Below are positions 19,063-29,039 of a stretch of DNA of 64,000 bases, piece after piece. Below the pieces are notes generated by a model, which saw nothing but the letters and a program-made list of their open reading frames with translations, did not search any database and was not told the DNA's origin. Position 1 is the stretch's first letter; each line of letters starts with the position of its first letter. The position numbers were made by a program, and so were the translations under genes. Source of the DNA: a virus (lineage: Duplodnaviria; Caudoviricetes). The stretch covers positions 11,327 to 75,326 of IMG/VR virus record IMGVR_UViG_3300037418_001301; one strand, 5' to 3'.

Positions 19063-19328
19063 ATATGGCGGGATGGTTTGGGCCCTGGTTTTTTGGGAGG
19101 CCTAAACCAAAACCTCAAGAGACAGATTGAAAGGATATCGACATGGCCAAGAAAACCAAGCCGAAGCCGATGAAGCCGCGGCCGGGGTACTGAGATGATC
19201 GGCCGGCGCAAATTCCTCGCGACGACGGCGGTGATCGCGCCCAACTGTTCTTCTTCGCCGACCGGTACGATATCAAGGTGGCGACGGTGCATTAGGCGAA
19301 TTCAACCAATCACTTATGGGAGTGAGAA

Positions 19329-19793
19329 ATGGACGCTGATAAGCGCGCGTTTCTGAGGGGTATTATGGCGACCGCTGCGGTGGCTGCAACCACTCTTCCC
19401 GCCATTGCTGACACTGTGCCAACAATCTATGGCGACGGTCGTCGCGACGATACTGCTGGGCTGCAAGCACTACTAGATGGCAAGCCGTTTCGAATTGACG
19501 GAGAGGTTGTCACGGCCGCCGCCGATTGCATCATCTACGGTGATTTTCGCATCAGCGATACGCTGGAAATGGGCCGATCCAAAAGCAGCCTGCGTTATAA
19601 AAGCTTCGAATGGATAGGCAAGCAGACAAAGCCCAAGTCCAAGTCGGTTTACCCTCATAAATCAGTCACTGTGGGTCATTTCTACCACCCGTTGGCTGTT
19701 AAGGCCATGGCAATTACGCAATCTAATCAGCTATTTGAAGCGTTACGCGAGATGCGTTACGCGATACCTAGAGAACAAAACCCAAATCCATGA
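19329..19793 (+). CDS. hypothetical protein with Tat-like signal peptide
   Basis: KRAFLRGIMATAAVAATTLPAIA; GDGRRDDTAGLQALLDG. Confidence 0.5.
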   Translation: MDADKRAFLRGIMATAAVAATTLPAIADTVPTIYGDGRRDDTAGLQALLDGKPFRIDGEVVTAAADCIIYGDFRISDTLEMGRSKSSLRYKSFEWIGKQTKPKSKSVYPHKSVTVGHFYHPLAVKAMAITQSNQLFEALREMRYAIPREQNPNP

Positions 19794-19833
19794 AGCCGCG
19801 ACCCGGCGGCTACTGAACCAAGGAGTTCCGTCC

Positions 19834-19968
19834 ATGCCCCTCAAAAAAGGCAGTGACCAGAAAACCATTTCGTCCAATATCAAGACGGAAGTCGCGGCCG
19901 GAAAGCCGCAGAAGCAGGCGGCGGCAATAGCCTACGCCGTCGCGGGCAGAAAGGCATCTAATACATGA
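19834..19968 (+). CDS. small basic phage protein (MPLKKG...KPQKQA.AIA type)
   Basis: AAGGAG RBS; MPLKKGSDQKTISSNIKTEVAAGKPQKQAAAIAYAVAGRKASNT. Confidence 0.7.
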   Translation: MPLKKGSDQKTISSNIKTEVAAGKPQKQAAAIAYAVAGRKASNT

Positions 19969-20438
19969 CGCCGCAGTATATGGCCGGGTTCTTTGACGGC
20001 GAGGGATGTGTTGGGTTTTGCCGAGTCAGGCAGTCTATTTATCCAAGGGTTTTGGTTACCAACACGAACCTGGAGATTTTGGAAGAGTTTCGAAGCCAAT
20101 TTGGTGGCGGTGTCTGGCCTCTTTCCAAAAGAAAGGCTGGGTGGAAACAGGGATACAGCTGGCGAATATCATGGTCATCGGCGGTAAAGTTTTTGGCCGT
20201 TATTCAACCGTATGTTCACCTCAAATGTCGTCAAGTTGAGACGGTTTTTGCGTGGGACGCAATCAGGCTTGGGAGAGGAAAGCCGAGCGCTAGCCGTCGT
20301 GAAGAGTACGACGATGCTGTAAGCTTTCTGATCGAAAGGATGACTTGGCTTAATAAGCGCGGTCCCATAGAGGGAATAGATCCGGCAGAAGAAATTGCGG
20401 CCATCGCAATGTCGGAGGCTCGCAAGAGCAAGTCCTGA
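19965..20438 (+). CDS. single-motif LAGLIDADG homing endonuclease
   Basis: YMAGFFDGEGC motif; VTNTNLEIL...FGG; IQPYVHLK; AT-richer than its neighbours. Confidence 0.9.
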   Translation: MTPQYMAGFFDGEGCVGFCRVRQSIYPRVLVTNTNLEILEEFRSQFGGGVWPLSKRKAGWKQGYSWRISWSSAVKFLAVIQPYVHLKCRQVETVFAWDAIRLGRGKPSASRREEYDDAVSFLIERMTWLNKRGPIEGIDPAEEIAAIAMSEARKSKS

Positions 20439-20440
20439 TC

Positions 20441-20935
20441 ATGCCAGCCCTCAAGGACCCAAAGCACGAGGCATTCGCCCAGCAGCTTGCGAGAGGGCTG
20501 AACCAGACCGACGCCTACACTGCCGCTGGCTACAAGGCGAAACTGGCGAGCGCCAAAGTCAATGCTTCACGGCTGCTAACCAATGCTAATATTCAGGCCA
20601 GAGTGTCTGAATTACAGGCAAAAGGTGCTGAAAAAGCAATAGCTTCCGTCTCTTTCGAGGCGAAAGATATCTTCCAGCGGATGGAGGATTTGATCAAGCG
20701 GGCGGCAGAGGCTGGCGACTATAAGGCTGCGATGGACGGCATGAAGTTCGTGGCCCGCTGCTTCGGCTACGAGGACTCGCCGACGCTCACCCACGAGCAC
20801 GTCAAGGGCCAGGCAATTCAGGCTCCAGACCGCAAGCCGGATGAGAACGAAGGCGAAAAGCGTGAAGAACTCAGGGATTCCGTCGTCAAGAACTTTGCTG
20901 AGGAGCTGAAGAAGCTGAGGCGGCGGACGGGCTGA
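20441..20935 (+). CDS. terS: terminase small subunit
   Basis: KHEAFAQQLARGLNQTDAYTAAGY...NASRLLTNANIQARVSEL. Confidence 0.8.
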   Translation: MPALKDPKHEAFAQQLARGLNQTDAYTAAGYKAKLASAKVNASRLLTNANIQARVSELQAKGAEKAIASVSFEAKDIFQRMEDLIKRAAEAGDYKAAMDGMKFVARCFGYEDSPTLTHEHVKGQAIQAPDRKPDENEGEKREELRDSVVKNFAEELKKLRRRTG

Positions 20936-20938
20936 GTT

Positions 20939-21316
20939 TCAGGGCTTTGTCATTGGAGGCGGGGATGCTGTTCCTTTTTCTCGGCCTGGTGGTGGCAAAA
21001 CCCCTTTGTGATCAATCGCTTCGATCTCTCCGAAACCAAGTTCTGCGCCTACTATTTCTGCCGCAGGAAAAATTTCTTCCTTACGAATATCAAACCATTC
21101 GCCCTTGATCCGCTTTGATTTGAAATGACGGTGCAGAGCAGATTCGATTATCCACGCGCCGCCATCAACAACCACAATGTATTCAACACATTCAAGGCTG
21201 AACGGTAGAGGCTTCTCCAACTGCGATATTCTCGCAGCAATATCGTATGTCCAGCCGATTTTGATTGGCTCATCATCGCGTCCCGTGCGGGTAAGAAAAT
21301 ACACATATTCCGTCAT
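20939..21316 (-). CDS. T5orf172/GIY-YIG family protein
   Basis: YVYFL...IKIGWT...RISQL...IESALHRHFKSKRIKGEWF. Confidence 0.85.
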   Translation of the reverse strand: MTEYVYFLTRTGRDDEPIKIGWTYDIAARISQLEKPLPFSLECVEYIVVVDGGAWIIESALHRHFKSKRIKGEWFDIRKEEIFPAAEIVGAELGFGEIEAIDHKGVLPPPGREKGTASPPPMTKP

Positions 21317-21504
21317 TTGTAAGGTTCCATTCTATGGAGCAGGGCGCGGCACGCAAGGTCTGTGCGGCGATCAGTTCCGCGCTTTTTCATATCGACAATG
21401 GCATTGGCAGAGACACCGAGAAAGCGGGCGCAGTCTGCATCGGACTTGGCGAGGCCGGCGGATTTCATCTCTGCGAGCCATCGCAGGAAAGCATCAGGCG
21501 ACAT
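21313..21504 (-). CDS. small HTH regulator
   Basis: MSPDAFLRWLAEMK...SDADCARFLGVSANAIVDMK; AAGGA RBS. Confidence 0.65.
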   Translation of the reverse strand: MSPDAFLRWLAEMKSAGLAKSDADCARFLGVSANAIVDMKKRGTDRRTDLACRALLHRMEPYK

Positions 21505-21535
21505 ATCGAATCCTTGTATGGTTTTGACAAGCTGG

Positions 21536-21564
21536 AATATACAAGCTGGCTGTATTTCATACAA
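21536..21564 (-). promoter_or_regulatory. sigma70-like promoter of the HTH/T5orf172 operon, overlapped by repeated CTTGT/ACAAG boxes
   Basis: Minus strand reads TTGTAT-17 nt-TATATT; ACAAG at 21527, 21541 and 21561; CTTGTA at 21513. Confidence 0.5.
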
Positions 21565-21619
21565 GTAGAATGGATAGAAATATCAATGAGGCGAAGCCGA
21601 AAGGCAGAAAGAGGCGAAG

Positions 21620-21916
21620 ATGGCAAACTACGAACATTGGGATGGCGGAGTTGATAATTCCGTGGACAGGATGCAAAAACTGATCGAGCACAGATGTGCC
21701 GAGGTTGAGAAACGGCTCACTGATCGCGTCATTGATCTTGCCCAGCAAGCGGCAGCATCGGCGCAGGATGTCCGCATGGCGTGCATGTCGCTTGTGTGTG
21801 AAGGCGCGAACCTTTTTGCTGCTCATGCGGCTGAGGACGCAGTGACCGCCGCTGACAAACTTGCTTCCTTCGTCCTGAACGGCAAGGCGAAGCCGGAGGA
21901 GAAGTCCAATGGCTGA
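21620..21916 (+). CDS. hypothetical protein
   Basis: ORF divergent from the HTH operon. Confidence 0.55.
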   Translation: MANYEHWDGGVDNSVDRMQKLIEHRCAEVEKRLTDRVIDLAQQAAASAQDVRMACMSLVCEGANLFAAHAAEDAVTAADKLASFVLNGKAKPEEKSNG

Positions 21917-22121
21917 GGAGGTCAAAGAGAATGCAGCGATCCGCATTCTGAAACGCCGCAGGGAAGAATGCAGCCGCAGTCTCGATATGGCTGAGGCTGC
22001 GGTGCTTTCGGCCCATAGCCGGGCTGGCGAAGCCATAGAGAACGTTGCTGGATGGCGGCGCGAACTATCTGAGATCGACGCCGCGTTGGCTGCTCTTGAG
22101 GCGGGAGGCGGCGATGGCTGA
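21909..22121 (+). CDS. hypothetical coiled-coil protein
   Basis: Coupled ORF. Confidence 0.55.
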   Translation: MAEEVKENAAIRILKRRREECSRSLDMAEAAVLSAHSRAGEAIENVAGWRRELSEIDAALAALEAGGGDG

Positions 22122-22728
22122 TCAAACATCGAAGCCGCTTGAGCGCTTCACCGCCCGGCGCACGCGAAACGGCGGATGGATCATTGGCGAGGATGGCAGC
22201 GACCGCGGCATGATGTACCCGGAACATGCTTTCTCTACCGCAGCCGATATGCTGGCGGCACTGCCTGGGCTGATCGGTGCTGTTCCTGACAACGAGGCCG
22301 CAATGATCGCCAGATTGGATGCCGAGCGGCAAATACTGGGGATGGGTAGTTTGGGCGGGCCGATTTCTGGTTCCGGGACTGACCGTCTCGTTCCTCGGGG
22401 AGTGTGAGGCGATGGACGCTGAGGCCATTATCCGGCGCATGGTCGCCGAAAACTTCGACGCTGAACGGGCATACGAGCGACTGTGCCGTGATGGCCAATT
22501 CACTACCACCTCCACCATCGAAGACGGCAAAGTCAAAACCGACTTCGTTGATCTTTGGGAACTCTACGAGGTCGAGCCGAGAGAAGATGATGAGCATGGC
22601 GGCGTTCGCGTCATCTCGGAATATTTATGGCCAATGGTATTGAGTAGGCGGGCGCATCCAAGCGCCGCGACAAGTCCCATCTGTCGCCGACAAAATCTTG
22701 CATTCAATCCAACTGGAGAATTTGAGCC

Positions 22729-23073
22729 ATGGCCTTTTCAGGTGTTCATGCCATCTGCGGCTTTGTCGGCGGCGACGGCTTTTCCAAATCGCCATCTCTG
22801 TCCACTACCATGCCAGTGATCTGCAAGCCGGTGTGGTCTGAAGCCCCAAGCACAGGTGTTACCAGCACCAATGTAGCGCCAGCTGGCAGCAGCAACGGGG
22901 CGGCTTGTCGAACCGGCCAGCCGATGATGCGCTTTCGGGCGTCGGCGGATTCATGGGTATCTGTCGGCACAACGCCGGACGCTACCTCGGGAACGCGGTT
23001 CCTTGTGCCGTCTGACACCGACTACGACGTCTATGTGGAAGCCGGCGACAAATTCCAGTGGATCGCGGCATAA
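22729..23073 (+). CDS. conserved hypothetical protein upstream of TerL
   Basis: GGAG RBS; ends 3 nt before the terL start. Confidence 0.65.
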   Translation: MAFSGVHAICGFVGGDGFSKSPSLSTTMPVICKPVWSEAPSTGVTSTNVAPAGSSNGAACRTGQPMMRFRASADSWVSVGTTPDATSGTRFLVPSDTDYDVYVEAGDKFQWIAA

Positions 23074-23076
23074 TGC

Positions 23077-24786
23077 ATGCTGTCCCGTTACAAAGGAGAT
23101 CGCTACAGGGCCGCTGCAAACCCTGAACTGGTAGCATTTGTCGAATCCGACGAACTGCACTCACTCGACTACGACAGCGCCTGTGATTTCTACGCTATGG
23201 TCGCAGAGACGGCCACTGAAGCGGATCTGGCTTATCTGGGATGCGTGGATAGGTATTTCCTATTCACCGCGATCCTGGGCCGCCATGACGGGTTTCATCC
23301 GTGGCTCTATGATCGCTGCAGGGAGGTGGAGTTAGAGCCGGATGGATTCCTTGACCTATGGTCGCGTGACCACCGTAAAAGCTCGTTGATCACGTTCTCT
23401 GGCTGCATTCAGGAAATCCTTAGCGATCCTGACATAACCATTGGCATCTTCTCGCACACGCAAAAGATTGCCAAGGAGTTTGTGAAATGGATCAGGCGAG
23501 AGTTCGAGGCGAACAGCAAACTGCGGCGTCTTTACCCGGATGTGTGCTGGCTCAAGCCTGCAAGCGAAGCTCCGGTTTGGACTGAGAACGCTTTTACGGT
23601 TCGTCGCCGTGGAAATCCGAAAGAGGCAACCTTGGAAGGATGGGGACTTGTCGATGGCCAGCCCACTGGCAAGCACTTCCGCCTCATGGTCTATGACGAT
23701 GTCGTGACCAAGGACAACGTGACGAATGCGGACCAGATCAAGAAGACGACGGAGTCGTGGGAACTCTCGGATAATCTCGGCGCCGACGATGCCCGCAAGT
23801 GGCACATTGGTACAAGATATTCTTTCGCGGACTCCTACGCTGAGATCATCAATAAAGGCGTTGTGACGGTTCGGAAATACCCGGCCACGGACAACGGCAG
23901 GATTGATGGTAAGCCCGTCTTCCTTGATCCTGAGGTGTGGGAGAAGAAGAAGAAGGCCCAGACATCCACCCTCGCCGCACAGATGCTCCAGAACCCGCTA
24001 TCTGGCAAAGAGCGGACCTTCGAGCCAACATGGTTCAAGCGCTGGGAAGTCCGGCCGGCGGCGGTAAACGTCTACATTATGGCCGATCCATCGCGGGGCA
24101 GGACAGCAACATCAGACCGGACAGCAATGCCAGTCCTCGCCATCGATACCAAGGGCAAGAAATATCTGGTCGACGGCTTCTGTCACAGGATGACGCTCTC
24201 CCAGCGGTGGGATAACCTGAAGCACTTGCATAAGAAGTGGGCCGCGATGCCCGGAGTTGGCATTCTGAAAGTGGGATACGAGCGCTTCGGGCAGCAATCC
24301 GATGATGAGTACTTCACCGAGCGGATGCGCAACGACAACTATTTCTTCAACATCGAGGAACTGGCGTGGCCTCGCGAAGGCGGGGCGTCGAAAGAGCACC
24401 GCGTCGAGCGGCTGCAGCCTGACGTCCAGTTCGGAACGTTCTATTTCCCCGCATTTGTCCATGTACAGGGGCAAGGCGACTGCCAATGGTCAGTGGACGA
24501 AGATCAGCAGATCATGCGCTATGAGCCGCTACGGGGCGAAACAGCGATCGTCAGACGCATGAAGGAACGAGGGCAGGGGTATCTTGCCGCCGCTCCTATC
24601 AAACGGAAGAACGAAGCTGGCGAGATATACGATCTCACCCGTGAGCTTATCGATGAAATGATGTTCTTCCCGTTCGCGCAGCATGACGACCTAGTCGATG
24701 CCGTGAGCCGGATTTACGACATGGAGCCGATGGCGGCTGCTGTGATCGAGGTGTTGCCAGAGGAAAAGATACCTGAAGATGCGTGA
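23077..24786 (+). CDS. terL: terminase large subunit
   Basis: LWSRDHRKSSLIT Walker A-like; TGKHFRLMVYDD; IGTRY; MADPS nuclease; HDDLVDA. Confidence 0.9.
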   Translation: MLSRYKGDRYRAAANPELVAFVESDELHSLDYDSACDFYAMVAETATEADLAYLGCVDRYFLFTAILGRHDGFHPWLYDRCREVELEPDGFLDLWSRDHRKSSLITFSGCIQEILSDPDITIGIFSHTQKIAKEFVKWIRREFEANSKLRRLYPDVCWLKPASEAPVWTENAFTVRRRGNPKEATLEGWGLVDGQPTGKHFRLMVYDDVVTKDNVTNADQIKKTTESWELSDNLGADDARKWHIGTRYSFADSYAEIINKGVVTVRKYPATDNGRIDGKPVFLDPEVWEKKKKAQTSTLAAQMLQNPLSGKERTFEPTWFKRWEVRPAAVNVYIMADPSRGRTATSDRTAMPVLAIDTKGKKYLVDGFCHRMTLSQRWDNLKHLHKKWAAMPGVGILKVGYERFGQQSDDEYFTERMRNDNYFFNIEELAWPREGGASKEHRVERLQPDVQFGTFYFPAFVHVQGQGDCQWSVDEDQQIMRYEPLRGETAIVRRMKERGQGYLAAAPIKRKNEAGEIYDLTRELIDEMMFFPFAQHDDLVDAVSRIYDMEPMAAAVIEVLPEEKIPEDA

Positions 24787-24821
24787 GGCGAAAGGAAACT
24801 TGAGGTGGGGAGTGACATGCT

Positions 24822-25064
24822 ATGACTGACATCATTGACCTCCAGCATGAGCGCGCTGCACGCGATCAGCCCGACGCAGATTGCGTCCGCAAGGATGATT
24901 ACGGCCGACCGCTCTATCTATTTGCGCTCGAATACAAGATGGACGGCCACACCTGGTCAAATGATGTCTGGGCCTACTCGTGGGAAGACGCTGAGAACCG
25001 CGTTGCGGCTATGCGCAGCACCCTTGAGGTTCGCGGGCAGTTGATGGGGTTTGTGCCAGCATGA
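24822..25064 (+). CDS. hypothetical protein
   Basis: ORF with RBS. Confidence 0.55.
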   Translation: MTDIIDLQHERAARDQPDADCVRKDDYGRPLYLFALEYKMDGHTWSNDVWAYSWEDAENRVAAMRSTLEVRGQLMGFVPA

Positions 25065-25340
25065 GCAACCGCGCACGGATGCCGAACGTCATAAAGCTCC
25101 CAAGCCGTTTTCAGATTGGTCAGAACGTCCGCGTGGGGCGCCGTCGTGGATCTGCGCGCCATGGCTGACAGGATTGAGCGAGGCGAGATCGATGCGCAAT
25201 CGGCGTTGTTCATTGTTCCTCAAGACAGTGACTGGCCATGCATTTACGGATGGGGCGAGCATCTCGGTGACTACGGCAACATCGCCGTTCTCGATTTAGC
25301 GAAGACGTGGTTTATCCACAATCTGGTGGGGAAGGCTTGA
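25061..25340 (+). CDS. hypothetical protein
   Basis: ATG overlapping the previous stop. Confidence 0.5.
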
Positions 25341-25625
25341 ATGGCTAAATACAAAATTGCCATCAACGCGAAAACTGGCGAGCCATTTTATAAAGACAGA
25401 GCCCGCACAAGGCCGTTCTATGTGCGGACTGATCTGATCAAGTCCATGGAACCTATCGATTGCAGAAGCGAGGTTGGCATAACCATCGGATTGATCGACG
25501 GTATTATTTCTGCCGCCCGCATCCTCGCCCGCAGAGATTTGACCGATCCAAATATCGTTGAGGCGCTCAAAGATATTCGTGCGGATGAGGATGTTCATCG
25601 CATCGTCGGGTCCGCCAAGGAATAA
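25341..25625 (+). CDS. hypothetical protein
   Basis: Abutting ORF. Confidence 0.5.
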   Translation: MAKYKIAINAKTGEPFYKDRARTRPFYVRTDLIKSMEPIDCRSEVGITIGLIDGIISAARILARRDLTDPNIVEALKDIRADEDVHRIVGSAKE

Positions 25626-25630
25626 AGCCC

Positions 25631-25960
25631 ATGGCCCGCCTGGTCGAACGCTCCTACCTCTCTCTTCTGCTAGAGGCGGACCCGGATTATTACACGACCA
25701 GCCGCAACACCAATCTGGCTGAGTATCGCTTCTCCAATGGTCGGGAATTCCTCGGGCATAACATCTACGAGAACTACAAGCCCTTTCTATACGGCGTCGA
25801 ATATCTGGGTGTCCCCGTTTTCTACAACGGCGAGATCGTCACCTATCAGACCACCGAACTCTACGATGAGTTCTTCGACAATCCATACACGCAATGGGTC
25901 ACGGATGACGACGGCAACTATGTCGTTGATCTCTATGGCCGGTATGTGACCGGGAATTAA
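25631..25960 (+). CDS. hypothetical virion-associated protein
   Basis: Tyr-rich; ends DDDGNYVVDLYGRYV. Confidence 0.6.
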   Translation: MARLVERSYLSLLLEADPDYYTTSRNTNLAEYRFSNGREFLGHNIYENYKPFLYGVEYLGVPVFYNGEIVTYQTTELYDEFFDNPYTQWVTDDDGNYVVDLYGRYVTGN

Positions 25961-25968
25961 GGCTGACC

Positions 25969-26352
25969 ATGTTCAAACTGAACTACGAGTGCGGCGATGA
26001 TGGCGGCAACGAATACGGCCGCATGGAAGTCGAGACGGCCAAATGGGCGGGCGAGATGTTGCACCGCCATTACCCCGGCTATCCGTGGTTTGTCGAAGTC
26101 CGCGGCGACAAGTACAACGCCGTGATCCAGTTGCAGATCAGAGGCATCATGCCGCCTGACCGCTGGTATGTGGTGAAGTTCCGCGATGTCCTGACCGATC
26201 CCGGCGGCAGGAGAACCATCCTCAAAGGCGCTGGAGAGCTTCTGGAGCGCTACAACATCCCCCGCTCCGGCTTCACTACCGACCACTGGCGCGCCGCGCT
26301 GGAGCGCTTCCCCATCGGTAACGGACGAGGTCACCTTGAACCCCTCAAATAA
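25969..26352 (+). CDS. conserved hypothetical protein upstream of the portal
   Basis: LHRHYPGYPW..., GELLERYNIPR. Confidence 0.65.
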   Translation: MFKLNYECGDDGGNEYGRMEVETAKWAGEMLHRHYPGYPWFVEVRGDKYNAVIQLQIRGIMPPDRWYVVKFRDVLTDPGGRRTILKGAGELLERYNIPRSGFTTDHWRAALERFPIGNGRGHLEPLK

Positions 26353-28666
26353 CCGCGTTCCAGGCGAGGATTTCACACGCCAGAGCGACAGCACGCCCAC
26401 CGATGACAAGCAGTGGATCGACCTGTTCAAGAACGCGAAGAAGTCGGCCGAGGATCACCAGACTTCAAAACTGCAGGCGGCATGGTCGCGGAACTATCGG
26501 GCATTTGCAAACCGGCATTTCAACGGCTCGAAATATGATACCTATCGCTACCGCTCGCGCTCGAAACTGTTCAAGCCCAAGACCAGGGCAGCTGTGCGCA
26601 AGAACGATGCCACCGCAGCGGCTTCCATGTTCTCGACAGAGGATGTGGTGTCCATCACGCCAGAGCGCGCCAGCGACAAGCTGCAGATGTCCATGGCGAG
26701 GTTCCTGCACGAGGACCTGAACTATCGCCTTGACCGATCCAACAAATGGGCCGGCCCGAATTGGTTCCTCACCGCCATCGGCGCAAGGCAGGATACTCAA
26801 CTCACCGGCATATGCGTTTCAAAGCAATACTGGGAGTACGAAGAGCGCGTCGTCTCTACCTATGTCGATGTTCAGACACAGACCATGGCGCTTGACGAAA
26901 CCGGCATGCCGATCATCGACATGGCCACTGGCCAGCCGGTGATGACGACAAGTGTTGAACAGGGTATTCAGGATACGGTCGACATCGTCCGCGATCGGCC
27001 GATGATCACGCTCATTCCACCAGAACATGCTCTGATCGACAGAACAGGCGACTGGCGCGATCCGATCCAAGAGGGCGGGTTTTTTATCGCCGCCATGCCA
27101 GCGCGCATTGACGATGTTGAATACATCGTTGCGCAGCAGGCGACCCGCAACGTCATGGGTGGTGGGAAGTGGCGGGACGACATCGATCTTGCCAAGCTTC
27201 GCCAGGCCAAGGCGCAGAAGCAGGACAATGCTGCATCTGTCAGGCGTGCCCGTGGCGATGGCATCGATCCCTATGACAGCGCGTTTCAAGGTAAGGACAA
27301 CGAAACCGTCTGGCTGTATGAAGTCTTCTACCGCAAGGACGGCGAGGACTGGCATTTCTGGATGTTGGGCGACAACATCCTCTTGAGCGATCCGCGACCA
27401 ACGATCGAGAGTTATCCAGAGCAGTTCGGCGACAGGCCATATGTCCGCGGTCTCGGCGCCCTTGAGGCCCACAAGACGCACCCCATGGCGCCGGTCGAAA
27501 GCTGGCAGCCGCTGCAAATGGAGATCAACGACACCACCAATCTTGCACTTGATGCGATGAAGATGTCGATCTCGCCCATTACCAAGATCCTGAAAGGTAG
27601 GGGCGTCGATCTCAAGCAGGTCCAGAACCGCGGCCCGGATGCGGCAATCCTCGTACAGTCCATGGATGATGTCGCCTTCGACCGGGCGCCATCACCTGAT
27701 GGCAACTCGCAGATGGCCGTCAACATCATGTCAAACGACATGGACGAGCTTGCTGGCGTCTTTGCTCAAGGCTCTGTCCAATCCAATCGAATGCTCAATG
27801 AGACCGTCGGCGGGATGCAGCTGCTTTCCGCCTCTGCCGGCGCTCTGACGGAATTCGATCTCAGGGTTTGGGTTGAGACCTGGGTTGAGCCCGTGCTTTC
27901 CCAGGTCGTCAAACTCATCAAACATTACGAATCCGATGAAGTGGTGATCTCCGTTGCTGGCGACCGCGCCGGACTGATCGAAAATCTGGTAGCGGGCCAA
28001 GGCAGCAGCAAGAAGCCGCTCGACCCGCAGGGGCAGCAGCAGGACGCCGAAGAGGCGCAGAACCCGTTTGAACCGCCGATCACGATCCACGACGCCCTGA
28101 GCAATCTCGACAAGGCCCAAGTCGCGGTCAAGGTCAATGTCGGCATCGGTGCGCTCGACACTACACAGCGCATGCAGAAATTCATGGGCGGCGTCAATAT
28201 CACCAAGGACTTGGCCCCGCTGCTTCAGGAGCAGGGCATCCAGCCCAATGGCGCAGCCCTCCTGCAGGAAGCATGGGGCCTCTGCGGCTATAAGGATGGT
28301 GACAGGTTCTTTACCGTTGCACCGCCGAAGCAGGACGATGGCACGCCACCTGAAGCAGCCCAGTTGGAGATGCTCAAGCAGAAGGGCACCATGAGCAAGG
28401 CCCAGCTTGACGCCGATACGAAACTGCAGATCGAGCATATCAAGGCCGACGTCGAAGCGCAGAAGCTTTCTCTGCAAGAGCGTGAATTCGCCTATCAGCA
28501 GATGATCACGCAAATGAGCATTAACCAGCAACAGCAGACACAGAACCTGGACTACATCATGCGACTGCTGGAGAGCGTCGTGCCAGGACATCCGGCCCCT
28601 CCGCGGCAGATTGTGCAGCAGCCTTTACAGACTGCGCAGGTTACACAGTTCCCGCAGGCGCGATAG
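26336..28666 (+). CDS. portal protein
   Basis: 776 aa between TerL and scaffold; LNETVGGMQLL; Gln-rich helical C-terminus typical of podovirus portals. Confidence 0.85.
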   Translation: MNPSNNRVPGEDFTRQSDSTPTDDKQWIDLFKNAKKSAEDHQTSKLQAAWSRNYRAFANRHFNGSKYDTYRYRSRSKLFKPKTRAAVRKNDATAAASMFSTEDVVSITPERASDKLQMSMARFLHEDLNYRLDRSNKWAGPNWFLTAIGARQDTQLTGICVSKQYWEYEERVVSTYVDVQTQTMALDETGMPIIDMATGQPVMTTSVEQGIQDTVDIVRDRPMITLIPPEHALIDRTGDWRDPIQEGGFFIAAMPARIDDVEYIVAQQATRNVMGGGKWRDDIDLAKLRQAKAQKQDNAASVRRARGDGIDPYDSAFQGKDNETVWLYEVFYRKDGEDWHFWMLGDNILLSDPRPTIESYPEQFGDRPYVRGLGALEAHKTHPMAPVESWQPLQMEINDTTNLALDAMKMSISPITKILKGRGVDLKQVQNRGPDAAILVQSMDDVAFDRAPSPDGNSQMAVNIMSNDMDELAGVFAQGSVQSNRMLNETVGGMQLLSASAGALTEFDLRVWVETWVEPVLSQVVKLIKHYESDEVVISVAGDRAGLIENLVAGQGSSKKPLDPQGQQQDAEEAQNPFEPPITIHDALSNLDKAQVAVKVNVGIGALDTTQRMQKFMGGVNITKDLAPLLQEQGIQPNGAALLQEAWGLCGYKDGDRFFTVAPPKQDDGTPPEAAQLEMLKQKGTMSKAQLDADTKLQIEHIKADVEAQKLSLQEREFAYQQMITQMSINQQQQTQNLDYIMRLLESVVPGHPAPPRQIVQQPLQTAQVTQFPQAR

Positions 28667-28690
28667 CGATCCACGACAAACTGAGGCGAT

Positions 28691-29038
28691 ATGACAGACC
28701 TTGAAGAACTGATGGACGACGAGGTTGCTCGCATCCTCGCGATAGACGCCGGCTTGCAAATTCAACAGCTTCTCCAACGGGGCGCTGCGTTCGAAACCCT
28801 GCTTATCCATGCGCGGGATGAGGCGCTCGCTGCGATGGACGAGTTGATCCACAGCAAGTTCGATACCCTCGAAGACGTCGCGCAGAAACAGTGGGAGGTC
28901 ACCCGCTATCACGCGCTTGTCGGATGGATACAGGCCATCCTTGAGAACGGAGCAGCAGCCATGGATGGCGCTTCCGAAGAGGAAGGCACATGGCTGCAAT
29001 CAATGATCAGAGGCGAACCGGAAGAAAGGGATTCCTAA
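28691..29038 (+). CDS. hypothetical head-module protein
   Basis: Acidic helical protein after the portal. Confidence 0.7.
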   Translation: MTDLEELMDDEVARILAIDAGLQIQQLLQRGAAFETLLIHARDEALAAMDELIHSKFDTLEDVAQKQWEVTRYHALVGWIQAILENGAAAMDGASEEEGTWLQSMIRGEPEERDS

Positions 29039-29039
29039 C

